Below are positions 25,563 to 38,617 of a stretch of 64,000 bases of DNA, piece after piece. The notes below the pieces were generated by a model that did no database searches, was not told the origin of the DNA, and saw nothing but the letters and a program-made list of their open reading frames with translations. The translations under genes were made by a program, and so were the position numbers. Every line of letters starts with the position of its first letter. Position 1 is the first letter of the stretch. The stretch covers positions 191,084,001 through 191,148,000 of the forward strand of contig OX597815.1 of assembly GCA_951406725.2 (NCBI GenBank). The letters are read 5' to 3'. Source of the DNA: Octopus vulgaris (lineage: Eukaryota).

Positions 25563-27326
25563 ATTATAATAATAATGATGATTAGTAATATTAACACTGA
25601 TCAAAGAAATGTTTTATCTATAATAGTTTCTCCATTTCTTCTTTAAAACCGAGAAGATTCTTTGACTGACTAATGGTTATGAGCACTTCCATTTATATCT
25701 TATTTTCTCTTGTTTACTTTTTAATAACTTATTTTATTTTTTCTTCCTTTCATTTTTATTTACATATCTACAAGTCTATTCTTTTCATTATATTAATCTT
25801 TTATCTCATCATATTGATCTGAGGCTTAATATGCTTTCATTGAACTCATTTATCATAATGATACTTGAAGCAATACTCCAGTTGCATATCTGCAGCAAAT
25901 GCACCTTATTGCACTTAGTTTTATGGTTTGTTTCCTTTCTTTTTCTGTTTGTATGTGAATGCGTGCGTGTGTGCGTATGTGTGTGTGTGTCTAATTACTT
26001 TCTTTAACTACACGTTGTTCTGCCTTGATCTTTCAGTTTTTTCCTATCATAGCATCTAATCTTCATTTTGCTAGCTCCGGCAATCTCTAGTTCAGAATTA
26101 ATTACATTAACTTATAGTTAGTAAAACAGTTATTTTTTTCCTTCCGTTCTCTTCCTTTGTTTTTAGTATTTCATTCACATTCATGCTAACACAGATGGTA
26201 TCTTCACTTATACATGTCCTTCAATTTTGAACTCGTATATATTGTTAGAGTTGTTTTTTACCTCTCAGTGCCTTTCCCACATCAAATATGAAAAATCCTT
26301 AAATAGGATCTAATGTTAGTGAGCCAAATAAAAAGAAAAAACAGCCAGTGGTATTTTGCCATAACCAGTACACTCCATAAACTCTACTCATGCAACAATT
26401 TTGCCTCATATTCACAATATTAAATTGATCGTAGATCCTATCATGCCAAATACCATTTTATTCTGATTGGAATTTTTGATTCAATTATTAATATATAAAA
26501 GACTTTTGTATCTTTAGTGCCATAGCAGCTGTACATTGTTCTAAAGTAAAATCAATCTGGTAAAGGCCATTTATTTCTAGGCTATGATAGGACTCAGCAC
26601 TGCAAACTCATAAAGCCCCAGTGCTGAGGTGTTGAATAATACTTATTTATAGACAAGTAACTAAGTATTAAATATTCTTAACCTTTAGACACTGTACAGA
26701 AATTACAATGGACATTGCGCTATCAACCTTTCAACTTGTAAGCCAAAACTTCGTAAACTTAGCCTGGTGAATGTCTCACTGTAAAGTATGAGCTTATCAT
26801 TTAAATATGTTATAAATCATATGTTGCTCTAGTGGGCACTTGTCGGCTGATTAGAGGTCAACAAACTGTGAAATATATCAGAAACACAAAGGAACAACTT
26901 CCTTTGTGTTTCTGTGTATGAAGAGAAAAACAAGATGTATTCAGACATGTTTAATTTAGATACTAACTCCCTTAAGACTGCTCTTGGTTCAACAATACAA
27001 AACTCCCTATCTTAAAATTATCTTAATTAAAAACTTCAATCAAAATTTCAGCTGAAATACGACTTAGCTATTTTACTGAACTCCTCATTGTTTTCAAAAT
27101 GAATTGAAATGAAGGTAGTGTGTTTCAACAGAAATATGGTAATGAAAGGGTTAAAGCTCACAGCTAAAGACTTTAAAACTATGATAGATTGACTTCTTTA
27201 AATTATCCTAGGTCTTCTAATACACTCGCTGTGTTGTGCATAAATACTTATTCTCTAATGATGGCATTGACTAATGTGTGACATGAAAATTAGTCTAGTT
27301 ATTTCAGTGAAGCTCTAGTTTTGTGT

Positions 27327-27796
27327 ATAACCCTTTTGATACCAACCCAGCTGAAACCATCTCTCGCTCTGTAGTACAAATGTCTTGTTTTCATAAGTTT
27401 TGAATTAAAATCTTTCACCAATCCTTAGCCTCAATTTTATGTTCCTAACAGCAGCTTAATGACAACTAAGATATTTTACTAAATTCCTTGTTATAGTTAA
27501 AGTGATTGAAAGAAACACAGAGCATCTTAACAGAAATATGGTAACAAAAGGGTCAACAAATGATTAATTTAACCCTTTTGATACCAACCTGGCTGAAACT
27601 GCCTCTGGCTCTACAGTACAAATATCTTGTTTTCAAAAGTTTTGAATTAAAACCTTCCACCAAACCTTAGCCACAATTTATGTTCCTAACACCAGCTTAA
27701 TGATAACTAAGCTATTTTACTAAATTCTTTGTTATAGTTAACATTAATTGAAAGAAACACAGCATCTCAAAATAAATACAGTAACAAAAGGGTTAA
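27327..27796. mobile_element. Two tandem piggyBac-type MITEs (family 1): 27331-27552 and 27573-27792
   Basis: TTAA-like ends with cccttttgatacc...gtaacaaaaggg TIRs. Other copies at 54808-55036, ~5984-6395, ~8160-8300 and ~26965-27155. Confidence 0.8.
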
Positions 27797-27849
27797 ACAT
27801 TTTTTTTGCTTAAACATATATTCTCTTAAAGGGAATAAGACAGTAATTG

Positions 27850-27891
27850 TCTTCTGATGAGTGGTTAAATGAACCATAAAACATATCAGAA
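27850..27891 (+). ncRNA. Decayed hammerhead motif, C3-G8 core
   Basis: CTGATGA-gtggtt/aaatg/aaccat-AAAA-catatc. GAAA is mutated, consistent with CpG decay of ...cCGAAA. Confidence 0.5.
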
Positions 27892-28316
27892 ATATATCAG
27901 GACAGTTTTCTATATTTTCCTATTTATGAAGAAAATAACAGAATCATTCTGAGTTTATTATGTCTGCTTTGAAAAGCATAACTCTTTATTTTTCATTACA
28001 GTTTCATTTCTATCTTTTAAATGATTGTCATAGATCTGAAGTTCTTTCATTACCCTAAAACATTTCTTTGAACATTTTTTGTTATAGATTTGTCTTGGTT
28101 TTGTATGAATTGAGACAGATTCTATACAGGCGCGCGCGTGTGTGTGTGCACCTGTCTTTCTATCTTTATATCTACACATATATATATATATACATATATA
28201 GTAGTAGTAACAGAAAAGAGGAATTTCGGTTGTCCCCATGTGGTGGATTGTAATGTATATAAGAAAATAAAAAAAGGAAAATACACACACTTACATGGTT
28301 ATAATATAATTTTTAA

Positions 28317-28353
28317 TGTATCGACCGGTTTCGCAATCGCTATTCATGATACA
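28317..28353 (-). ncRNA. Minimal hammerhead ribozyme motif, A3-U8 core variant, intact fold
   Basis: Reverse complement: tgtatc-ATGAATA-gc gatt gc-GAAA-ccgg-TC-gataca. 6-bp stem I, palindromic ACCGGT stem III, GUC site. Lies in a ~220 bp element between (TA)n tracts. Confidence 0.75.
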
Positions 28354-28929
28354 ATGCTTAATTTATATGAATATATATTTCTTCTCAATTTTATTCACAT
28401 ATTTATTCCCCACCCAAAACCTAAACCTATATATATATATATGTATATATATGTATAGTGCAACTGGGCACTGTATATATATGTATATATTTCATTGTTG
28501 TTTTAATGTCCACTTTTCCATGCTTGCATGGGTTGGACAGATTTTCTACTGCCAGATGTCCTTCTTGTCACCAGTCCTCATCTGTTTAGGGGCATGTTGA
28601 TACTTCCTCATGCTCAGACATGTCTCCACAGCATGTTGGAAATGAGTGACACTGCTAGTATGACAGTGACATTCATTTACGACTATCATATGATGGCAAG
28701 ACATGGAGATACCAAAATAAACACACACACACACACATGTATACATATACAATGAGCTTTTTTAAGTTTACGTCTACCAAATCCACTTACAAGCCTTTGA
28801 CCAACATAGGGCTATAGTAGATGACATTTACCCAAAGTACCACACAGTGAGACAGAACCCAAAGTCACATGGTTTGGAAGCAAACTCCTTAGCCACGTAG
28901 CCACACTGCATCTATCATATATTTGTGGT

Positions 28930-29011
28930 GTGGATGGTTTAGCTTAATGGTTCAGAGCACTGCGATGCGTAATCACGGAGGTGTGAGTTCAAGTCTCATA
29001 GCCGGCCACCA
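28930..29011 (+). pseudogene. tRNA-like pseudogene or isolated SINE head
   Basis: A box TAGCTTAATGG; T-arm GTGAG-TTCAAGT-CTCAT; pairing ends gtggatggtt/agccggccac; terminal CCA followed by a T run; irregular anticodon arm. Confidence 0.55.
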
Positions 29012-29218
29012 ACACTTTTTTCTGCATAATAGGGGTATTTTATCCTGTTCAGGCTATATTATTAGCATTATCCTGCGTTTGAGAATTTAAAATCACTTCT
29101 TTAACTTTCTAAGACATCTCAATTCTTCTAAAGCAAACTTCATTTGTTTGTCTACATTCATCGTAATTTGAATTTAACGTATAATAGCATCTCTAAAGCG
29201 AGATTTCTATATATCTTA

Positions 29219-29383
29219 AAGGCGGCGAGCTGGCAGAACCGTTAGCACACCGGGCGAAATGCGTAGCCGTATTTCGTCTGCCATTACGTTCTGAGTTCAA
29301 ATTCCGCCAAGGTCGACTTAGCCTTTCATCCTTTCAGGGTCGATTTTGTCCAGTGTGCTAACAACTCTGCCAGCTCACCACCA
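29219..29383 (+). mobile_element. Family B SINE 5' part fused to an inverted family B head
   Basis: ggcggcgagctggcagaaccgttagcacaccgggcgaaat ... attttgtccagtgtgctaacaactctgccagctcaccacc. Confidence 0.8.
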
Positions 29384-31248
29384 TATTCCAGATATGAATA
29401 CTGAAAATAATTTACAAGGAAAACATTCTACTCATACAATACACAAGAAATTAAATTTGATAATATAGTTTTCAGTTGTTCACAAATTTGTATTATTTTT
29501 TTGCTTCTCTGAGTCATTAGTAAGGAACAGCACAAATAAAAATGATGCATAAAATGCACATTAGTGACTGTATGTATCAAGTATTATAGTATATGGGTAA
29601 TTGATTTTAATCTGTTCTATTTCCTACTGATGTTTACTAATATCTTCTTGGAAAAATAATGAGAAACTTTGCTATTGTATTTAGCAAAAATCTGTTAAGA
29701 AAAAAAAAATCTGGTTTTATATATCAGAGGATATTTGTAAACTAAGATTATAATGGAATAAATTTATTGATAAATATTAAGATTTACATCTGAGAATAAC
29801 ATTTTCAGCACTTGTGTTAAACATTAATGGTTAATGTTTTAAAATAAAATTTTATTTTCATTTTATGAGTATCATTTTAAGAATTGATGTTTGGAATAAC
29901 ATGTTGTTTAGGATTCCCTTATCAAGCCTGATTGAGTAAACCTATAATCAAAGAATCCATTCTTAGCTTCAGAATATGCATCCAAGACTGTTATCCAAAT
30001 TATGTCCTTCATTTTTTAAGATGGTAAGGTACAGTTTGAAAGCATATGGCTACTGTTTCTAACATGGAAATCAGCCATTAGAAGGCTCTCTCATTAGCTC
30101 TAGACAAGGTTTACATTCTGCATAAATACTCTGACTGAGAAAGTAAAATGTTATACTTCACAACAGTGTTTCCTATATCAGAGGCAATGAATTCTATGTC
30201 TGGCTGCAAGTACACATCATAGAAAATGCCCCAAATGATTTATTCATGATGTGCTCACCAGCCACTATTGGACAGTTATTGTCTTCCTCTGATATTTATT
30301 GTTTTTAACTCAGTATGTCCACATGAGATGTTATCTCTGGATGAATACTGCAGTAACTGGCCTATCAATGGTGTATATCACACATAGATGGCTAGATTAA
30401 TTAATATCTTGCCTTCAATATAATTGGGAAAGAGTAGTGATGTGTTGTATACCCATTCAGTTCATATTAAAATGTAAATGGTAACAATGACCATGACAAG
30501 AACGGTAACACTTGTTTATAAATTCTTTTGTTGTATGTTTTCATATTTCAGTACAAATATGTATAATAATCTTCATAAACAAACTGCTCCATAAAATTCA
30601 ATAAATTAATTATTGCTAAGTTAACATTGAAGATATTTGTATAAGAATATTGATTTCTTTTGAAACAAAGCTAGTTTGTTTTTCTTTTTATTTGAGGGAG
30701 AGAGAGTGGGGTGAATAGTTAATTAAATTAACGAACATGCATGAAAGGCTCTGCTATTGTAAGACTTGAACACAGAATATTAAGTAACAAAATTAAATTC
30801 TGCAAGCTGTGCTCTACTGTTTCTTCCAATGAAACGCATTAAAAGCTATTGAGCCTGCTAAGGAGTCATTACATAGCTAGAAATAGTAGCCAAATTTCTC
30901 TCAGATCACCTCTTTTTGTCTCAAAAAAAAAAAAAAAAGACACAATAGACACAGCTGGAACGCATCTGATCCTGGCAAAAAGCTAATCCAGTGCCAAACA
31001 ACAGCAACAATGTAGCAATCATAATCATCATAATCATCATTGTTTTTATGTTCACTTTTCCCTGCTTCTGTGAGGCAGACACAAATTTGTTGAGGCAGAT
31101 TTTTTCTTTTGTTGGATGCCCTTGCTGTTGCCAACCCTCACCTGCTTCTAAATAAGGTAATATTTCCTTATAACCTGACATGTTTTGCATGGAAGATTAA
31201 GAATGAAGGACACTGCTTTCATGATCATGACATTTTTTAAGATATCAT

Positions 31249-31670
31249 ATGATATCTAAAATTATTAACCATCTTACAAACAATAACTCTGAGTACCTTT
31301 TCAAACTCCACCTGTCTAACACCCGTGGTCATGTTTACAAAGTCAGAAAACAGCACAGCTCCCATGACTTTCGGAAATATTTTTTCTCACTAAGAGTTGC
31401 TGAAGTATGGAACAAACTGCTGATATCAGTTGTTAGTTGTCGGAGCACTGCATCCTTCAAAACTTCCATGCTTCCTGAGATTCGCCAACATTACACCTGA
31501 TTTGCTCCCCTCCATACACACGCAAGCATGTATCTGACTCATACACTGTTCACTTTCCAGACATTTGTACATCACTGCATATGCCTTATACACACTTTTG
31601 ACAAGTTGTGGTGCACCTGAGCACTGTATACAATAATTTCATTATTATTATTATTATTATTAATATTATT
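31249..31670 (+). mobile_element. CR1-clade LINE 3' fragment (ORF2 C-terminus, 3'UTR and (ATT)n tail)
   Basis: Translation ...NTRGHVYKVRKQHSSHDFRKYFFSLRVAEVWNKL...TASFK matches the CR1 TRGH/FFS.RV..WN.L motif. Confidence 0.85.
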
Positions 31671-32494
31671 ATTATTATATCAAGGCAAGGAGACAGTAAC
31701 ACACACACACATATGAGACATGCTTCTTTCAGTTTCCAGTTATCCAAATCCACTCACAAGGCTTTGGTCAGCCTGCAAGTATAGTAGAAGACACAAGCCC
31801 AAAGTGCCATGCAGTGAGATTGAACCCACAACCATGTGGTTGGGAAGCAAACTTCTTACCACAGAGCCTCGTCTGCGCCTACCAATATATAAGAATATTG
31901 AAAGCCATCACAATATAAGGATATAACATAGTTTGATAAATGCAAACTGATTGCACTCATCTTTTAGAAATCAAAATTGTATATGATCATTTCCAACATT
32001 AGCAACCATATCGTTTTAACATTTGGTTTTCTTTTGCAACCTTTTTACACTCTTTGACAGATCTATCTGATCATTAGTTGCTTCTTTATCTTCTCTTAAG
32101 TTGTTATTTTCGCTGACATGATCCAATTTCTCAGATCAGTATTCACTGCATTATTTTACCTCTGGCAATTTCTGCTTTTGATTTCAAACTAACATGACAT
32201 TTTCTTAGTTCTTGTCATTTATTCTGTCAAAAAGAATTAAAAAACAAACAAACAAACAAAAAAAAATCTGTATCTCCATGGATTTCAACAATGAATATTT
32301 CCAGTTGTTTCATCAACTGAACAGCTTATTCATTGAATTACAGTGAAAGTGGCTGAGTGCTCCTCAGTCATATGTACCCTTAACCTTTTAGCATTCAGAT
32401 TACTCTGTCAAATCAAATGCAATGATTATTAATTCACATTGTTTTGAATGAATCATGCATTATCTCTTAGCTTTGAGATTTCAATGATGTGGTT

Positions 32495-32885
32495 ACTCTT
32501 TTACTTTTTTACTTGTTTCAGTCTGCGACCATGCTGGAGCACTGCCTTTAGTCGAGCAAATCAACCCCGGGACTTATTCTTTGTAAGCCTAGTACTTATT
32601 CTCTTGGTCTCTGTGGCCAAACCGCTAAGTTACAGGGACATCAACACACCAGCATCGGTTGTCAAATGATGTTGGGGGGGACAAACACAAACACACACAC
32701 ACACACACACATATACATATATACGACGGGCTTCTTTCAGTTTCTGTCTACCAAATCCACTAACAAGGCTTTGGTCAGCCTGAAGCTATAGAAGACACTT
32801 GCCCAAGGTGCCATGCAGTGGGACTGAATCCGGAACTATGTGGCTGGTAAGCAAACTACTTACCACACACCCACTCCTGCACCTA
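32495..32885 (-). mobile_element. Family A SINE, full length
   Basis: Collinear with the other family A copies; interrupts a family 2 piggyBac-type MITE end at ~32380. Confidence 0.9.
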
Positions 32886-33034
32886 TATATGTATATATAT
32901 CATCATCATCATCGTTTAACGTCCGCTTTCCATGCTAGCATGGGTTGGACGATTTGACTGAGGACTGGTGAACCAGATGGCTGCACCAGGCTCCAGTCTT
33001 ATCTGGCAAAGTTTCTACAGCTGGATGCCCTTCC

Positions 33035-33088
<54 letters not shown>

Positions 33089-33452
33089 TTTATCTATCAG
33101 TAGTTCATATTTTTGCAAAAGAAACTCACTAAAGTATTAAAACAGTAATATTTTCCTTAGAAAGTTAAAAGTTATGACCACCCATAACTTTTAACTTCCT
33201 AAAATATGTGTGTGTATGTGTGTGTAATATGTGTATATAATATGTATGTGTGTGTATTCATTAAAACACTCTTCCTTTTGCTTCTTCTTGGCAGGATTTT
33301 AGTGTAAATTTTGCTGGGGTTAATTTGGCTTTCCATCATTGCAAAGCTTATAAAAGAAAATATTAATTAGAAATACAGATGGTCTTAATTGACTACACAC
33401 ATCGCCACAAATTTGTGTCTACGTGACTATGTCTGAAAACACCAACATCATC

Positions 33453-33498
<46 letters not shown>

Positions 33499-35927
33499 GC
33501 ATTACCACCACCCAAATTTTTTTTTTTTTGTGTGAGCCACAACATTCCTGATATAACATCTGTTCATTTTGCTTTATGCTTACGTTTACTGGAGTTAGGC
33601 CTCGCAGTGCTATAAAAATAGACATTTTTCTACTGGAATATGAAGATGCTTGTAGACTGATGAAATGGTTGCTACTTACACTGCGTTTATACTGGTAAAG
33701 TACTTAGTGGGTGGGAGGATATTGGCAACTAAGTAAGACAATGCCTCTCTCTGGAGGAACCATGTGTGTTAGTAACGATGTAAATTGTCAACCCTAAAAC
33801 AATAGCCTAGCATCCAAAGAGTTCATTAGGGCCAGCATAGGAGCCTCTGTTGACCTTGCAGAGTTCTTTGAATGCCAGGGCTAACTCCTAGTACTTTACA
33901 CAGGGTTAACTTCTGATACTTAAAAACCAGAGCATGTAATTCTAAAAATCAAAGTTCTATAATTCAAATAGGATACACATAAAAACATTTATATTCAAAT
34001 CTTTTTTTTTTTTTTTCTGATTTTAAAATTCACTTATATATTTTATACATACATTGCATGTCCTGAATTCATATAGAAAATGTTACTACCTCTCTATAAT
34101 CCTAGTTTTGGTACAAGGCCAAGAATTTTGAGGGGTTGGGTAGTTGATTACATTGAATCCAGTGCTCAACTGGTACTTATTGACTCCAAAAGGATGAATG
34201 GTAAAACTGACCTCAGAGGAATTTGAACTCAGAACATAAAGACAGACAAAATGCCATTGAGCATTTTGCCTGGTGTGTTAAAGATTCTGCCAGCTTATTG
34301 CCTTACTACCTTTATATATCATCATCATCACCATCATCATTATCACTTAACATCTGTTTTCCATGCTGGCATGGGTTGGATGGTTTGACACGAGCTTGCT
34401 AGCTAGAAGGCTGCACCCGGCTCCAATAGTTTGTTTTGGTATGGTTTCTTTTTCTGTCAAAATCATTGGATATTGAATGCCCAGAATGTCCAGAAAGGAA
34501 ACACTGATTTTGTACATAGATACAAGGCCCCAAATCTGGGTAAAGAGAACAGTCCTTCATACTTTTTTCTTTTGACCCTGGAAAAATGAGAGGCAGAGTC
34601 GACTTCTGTTGGATTTGAATTCAGCATCTAAATGAGCAGGAACAAATACTACAAGGCATTAATTATGTCCATTGCTTTATCAATTCTCTCAAGCCACTGG
34701 TGTGCATTTAAAGGAAATATTAATAATTATATTCCTGTAATCTAACATCAAGGCTATTAGTTCATACTCTCTAACTCTCACAACCACCTTTCCTTGACCA
34801 AGTTACTTAACATTCACTGGCCCAAGCTTTTCCAGGTGTAAGTTATCATTTAGCTCCAGGTCAGCTTAACTCCAGATCTTTGGACAAAGGCACTTTGACC
34901 CTGACCATTCTGTTTTTCCAGACCAGTGCGTCTGGTACTACAATTATCCAGTGTATTCTTTTTATTTTTAAGACAATGGGATATATAATTTGAGTGAGAG
35001 TTGACTGTTGTTTCTAGCATGTCGATTGACTACATAGAGGTTCTCTTATTGGCTTCAGCCTCCAACTTGATGCAAATGTAGTAGAATGGTAGTAATTCTT
35101 AGCAGACTAAGCCAGCAATGTTTAATCCATTTCACATTGCTTTCACCTTTCACCTACAAAACCCGGTCTATGTAACACAACAGATGGGCTCCATGAGGCT
35201 CTCTTCAATTATTACATATTCCATATTCATAAAGTCTTTAGCAGTGATCCAACGACCCTTACAAGTTTACAAGATGCTTTCAATCCACAGCCACTACCAA
35301 ATGATTTCCTCTTTTTCTCATTGGTTGCCTTGATAAGTTACAGACATCAGTAAGTAATTATTGGTTAAAATTACTTCACTAGAAGACAACTTAATCCCTG
35401 CCCCCTTCTCTCTTTTTATTAAAATCTCATTATACTAACCTCTTTGCAACTTTATCAATACAATCTTCTAGGAACATTCTAATCAACCCATGCTTAAGAC
35501 ATGATTAAATATTTATTTCAGCTGGCAAGTTCTTTTAGATTTATATTACACTTTTTTTTGTAAAGCTAGCAATTACAGTTTCTCCTGTTTCTTAATGATG
35601 ATAGTCTTTCATGTTTTGGGGTTGTACATGTTTGGCAAACCATTTCATCTAAGATAATGTGTTGAACTAGAAGAATTGCGATACAGTAGAGTCTTGATGG
35701 GGATTTGAAACCTATATACATTATTATATTAATATGTTTTTGTTTTATTTTGAAATAGTTTTATATATCATTAAATATCTATCTTTCTTTGTACATCAAA
35801 CTCGGTTTTACATGATTTAAAAGTAAACTTTTCTTAACCACACTGTATGATTGTGTGTGTGTGTGTATGTGTGTAAGAAAAGTCATCTCCTGCTCATGAC
35901 TGTAGATGCCAATCAAATGTGACTCAA

Positions 35928-36500
35928 TCATCATCATCATCATCATCGTTTAACGTCCGCTTTCCGTGCTAGCATGGGTTGGACAATTTTGACTGAGGGC
36001 TGGCGAACCAGATGGCTGCACCAGGCTCCAATCTTGATTTGGCAGAGTTTCTACAGCTGGATGCCCTTCCTAATGCCAACCACTCCGATAGTGTAGTGGG
36101 TGCTTTTTACGTGCCACTGGCACGGGGGCCAGTCAGGCGGTACTGGCAACGACCTCGCTTGAATCTTTTTACACATGCCACCAGCACAGGTGCCAGTAAG
36201 GCGACGTTGGTAATGATCACACCCAAATGGTGCTCTTTTACGTGCCACTGGCACAGAAGCCAGTTGGCTGCTCTGGCAACGATCACGCTCGGATGGTGCT
36301 CTTGGCTCCCTACTAGCACGGACACAAGTGCAAGTAAGGTGACGTTGGTAACGATCACGCTCGAAAGCTGCCTTTTAAGTGCCACTGGCACAGAAGCCGG
36401 TTGTCCGCTCTGTCAATGATCACGCTCGTATGATGCTCTTTGCACCCTGCTAGCATGGACGCCAGTCATCGAATTTGATTTTGATTGATTTCACTTGCTA
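35928..36500 (-). mobile_element. Family C SINE, long form
   Basis: (cat)n tail, conserved core and multiple internal gtgccactggcac/ggtaacgatcacgc subrepeats. Confidence 0.9.
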
Positions 36501-36840
36501 CATGTATGTATTTATGAATGTATGTATCCTTTCTCTAAAATAACTCAAATGAACAATATTACATATTGTGGGGATAATTTTCACTCTGAGAATTTTTTTT
36601 ATCACGAACAACGGTTGAGCAAAACAAAATACCAAATCTTAGCTAAAACTGACTTCAAGAGCTTGTAACAATGATCGATAGTCAGTGTGACGTGAAAGCA
36701 GCATTGGGTAAGCAAAGCATTTGCAAAGCAAGTCACTATGGAAATATTCTATGAAGTCACCTTTCTTATTGAATTTGTATTTAACACTTTTCTGCAACAA
36801 GTTCACCACTTCGCTCTTTGCAAACAAGTGGCAATGCATA

Positions 36841-36920
36841 CATACATATATATGTGTGTGTGTATATATATGTGTGTGTGTGTATATATGTGTGTGTGTG
36901 TGTATATGTGTGTGTGTATG

Positions 36921-36954
<34 letters not shown>

Positions 36955-37042
36955 CGCATGTGTATATATATATGTGTGTGTGTATATATATGTGTGTGTG
37001 TGTGTATATATATGCGTGTGTGTGTATATATGTGTGTGTGTG

Positions 37043-37074
<32 letters not shown>

Positions 37075-37080
37075 CGCATG

Positions 37081-37129
<49 letters not shown>

Positions 37130-37130
37130 T
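36841..37130. repeat. Compound (TG)n(TA)n microsatellite
   Basis: Alternating tgtgtgtgtatatata blocks; source of several spurious ORFs. Confidence 0.95.
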
Positions 37131-37653
37131 AGCACTCATACACACATACATACATGTATATAAGAATTGTATGCAGATAATTATTAGAAATAAATTCCTT
37201 GTATTTGCTAACTAATTTAATTTATCAACTTTTCAATTATTTTCATTTTAGAAATTATCACATTTAACTCTGAAGAATTTCCCAAATTTCTTTAAAGAAT
37301 TCCCGGAACATCCGATTTATCTGTTGTCTCTCAACTGGTTTCTTTTAGCTATTTGCATCTTAATTTTCCCCTTTTCTTTTATTCTCACGTCTATTCTTTC
37401 TTTCTTTACTCTTCATCTTCCTTTTCTCTTCCTTTTCAATCCACTTCTTTTTTTTTCTCTTCATTGTTTTTTTTTTCCCCTTTATCCTCTGTTTCTTTTC
37501 GTTTCTTATTCTGTTTATCTTTCTCATTATTCACCTAACTTCTTTTTATTGAGCTTATTCTCTTCCTTTCCATATTTGCAAACACGCTCACAGGCATACA
37601 CGTGTTGTTGCACATACACAGCTTTACACATGTATATCAATATATATATATAT

Positions 37654-38078
37654 AGGCGCAGGAGTAGCTGTGTGGTAAGTAGCTTGCTTACCAACCACAT
37701 GATTCTGGGTTCATTCCCACTGTGTGGCACCTTGGGCGTCTTCTACTATAGCCTCAGGCCGACCAAAGCCTTGAGAGTGGATTTGGTAGACGGAAACTGA
37801 AAGATGCCTGTCGTATATATATGTATGTATGTGTGTGTGTGTGTGTGTCTGTTTTGTGTTTGTGTCTGTGTTTGCCCCCCCCCCCTAACATCGCTTGATA
37901 ACTGATGCTGGTGTGTTTACATCCCCGTAACTTAGCAGTTCAGCAAAAGAGACTGATACAATTAGTACTAAGCTTACAAAGAATAAGTCCTGGGGTCAAT
38001 TTGCTCGACTAAAGGTGGTGTTCCAGCATGGCCGCAGTCAAATGACTGATACAAGTAAAAGAGTAAAGAGTAAAAGAG
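37654..38078 (+). mobile_element. Family A SINE, full length
   Basis: aggcgcaggagtagctgtgtggtaagtagc...caagtaaaagagtaaagagtaaaagag. Confidence 0.9.
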
Positions 38079-38617
38079 TATATATATATATATATGATGG
38101 ACTCTCCTGTTGAAGATGATGTATGAGCGTTCAATTTTGCTGAACGATCTGCATAAATGATTTGCTTATAGTAATTAAATGTTTGTGCCACACTTTAGCT
38201 CACTCCCTCCATCAAATCAACATTATCTGAACAGCTGCATGGTGTGCCATGCGTCAGGTGTCGAAGTGATTGCAGAACAACGCCAGATGATGTGGTTTGC
38301 TAAAGAACACAACATACCACCCGGTCTAGGAATTGAAATCATAATCTAGCGATCATGCGTGCAACAACCTAACCACTAAGGTGTGCTTAGGGTGTTTAGA
38401 TAATATATAACAGTTTCATTTGGCTCCATGCCACGTAAAGTTTTGTAGGCATGTCACAGGAAACTAGCACATCGGGCTGAGGCAGCCAACCCTGACAAGC
38501 ATACAAAATATTGAGTTGCAATGGGCCAATTCAATCTGTTTTAAATAATAATCTATGTAACTCCTACTAAATGTGCCGAATGTGTCTTTCTTTTGTTTGT
38601 CCATTCATTGGTATATA

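Noticed and set aside
25908-25930. TATTGCACTT miR-92-like 5' end
   Set aside because: The remainder does not match the family and no precursor hairpin is evident.
35118-35333. Possible Penelope RT remnant (F.F....Y...Q.G.M..SS)
   Set aside because: Similarity is too faint to support without a profile search.
36012-36419. Recurrent peptide FLQLDALPNANHS...VGAFYVPP in many ORFs
   Set aside because: Conceptual translation of the family C SINE, not a gene family.
37324-37800. 158-aa hydrophobic ORF
   Set aside because: Pyrimidine-rich low-complexity tract running into a family A SINE.
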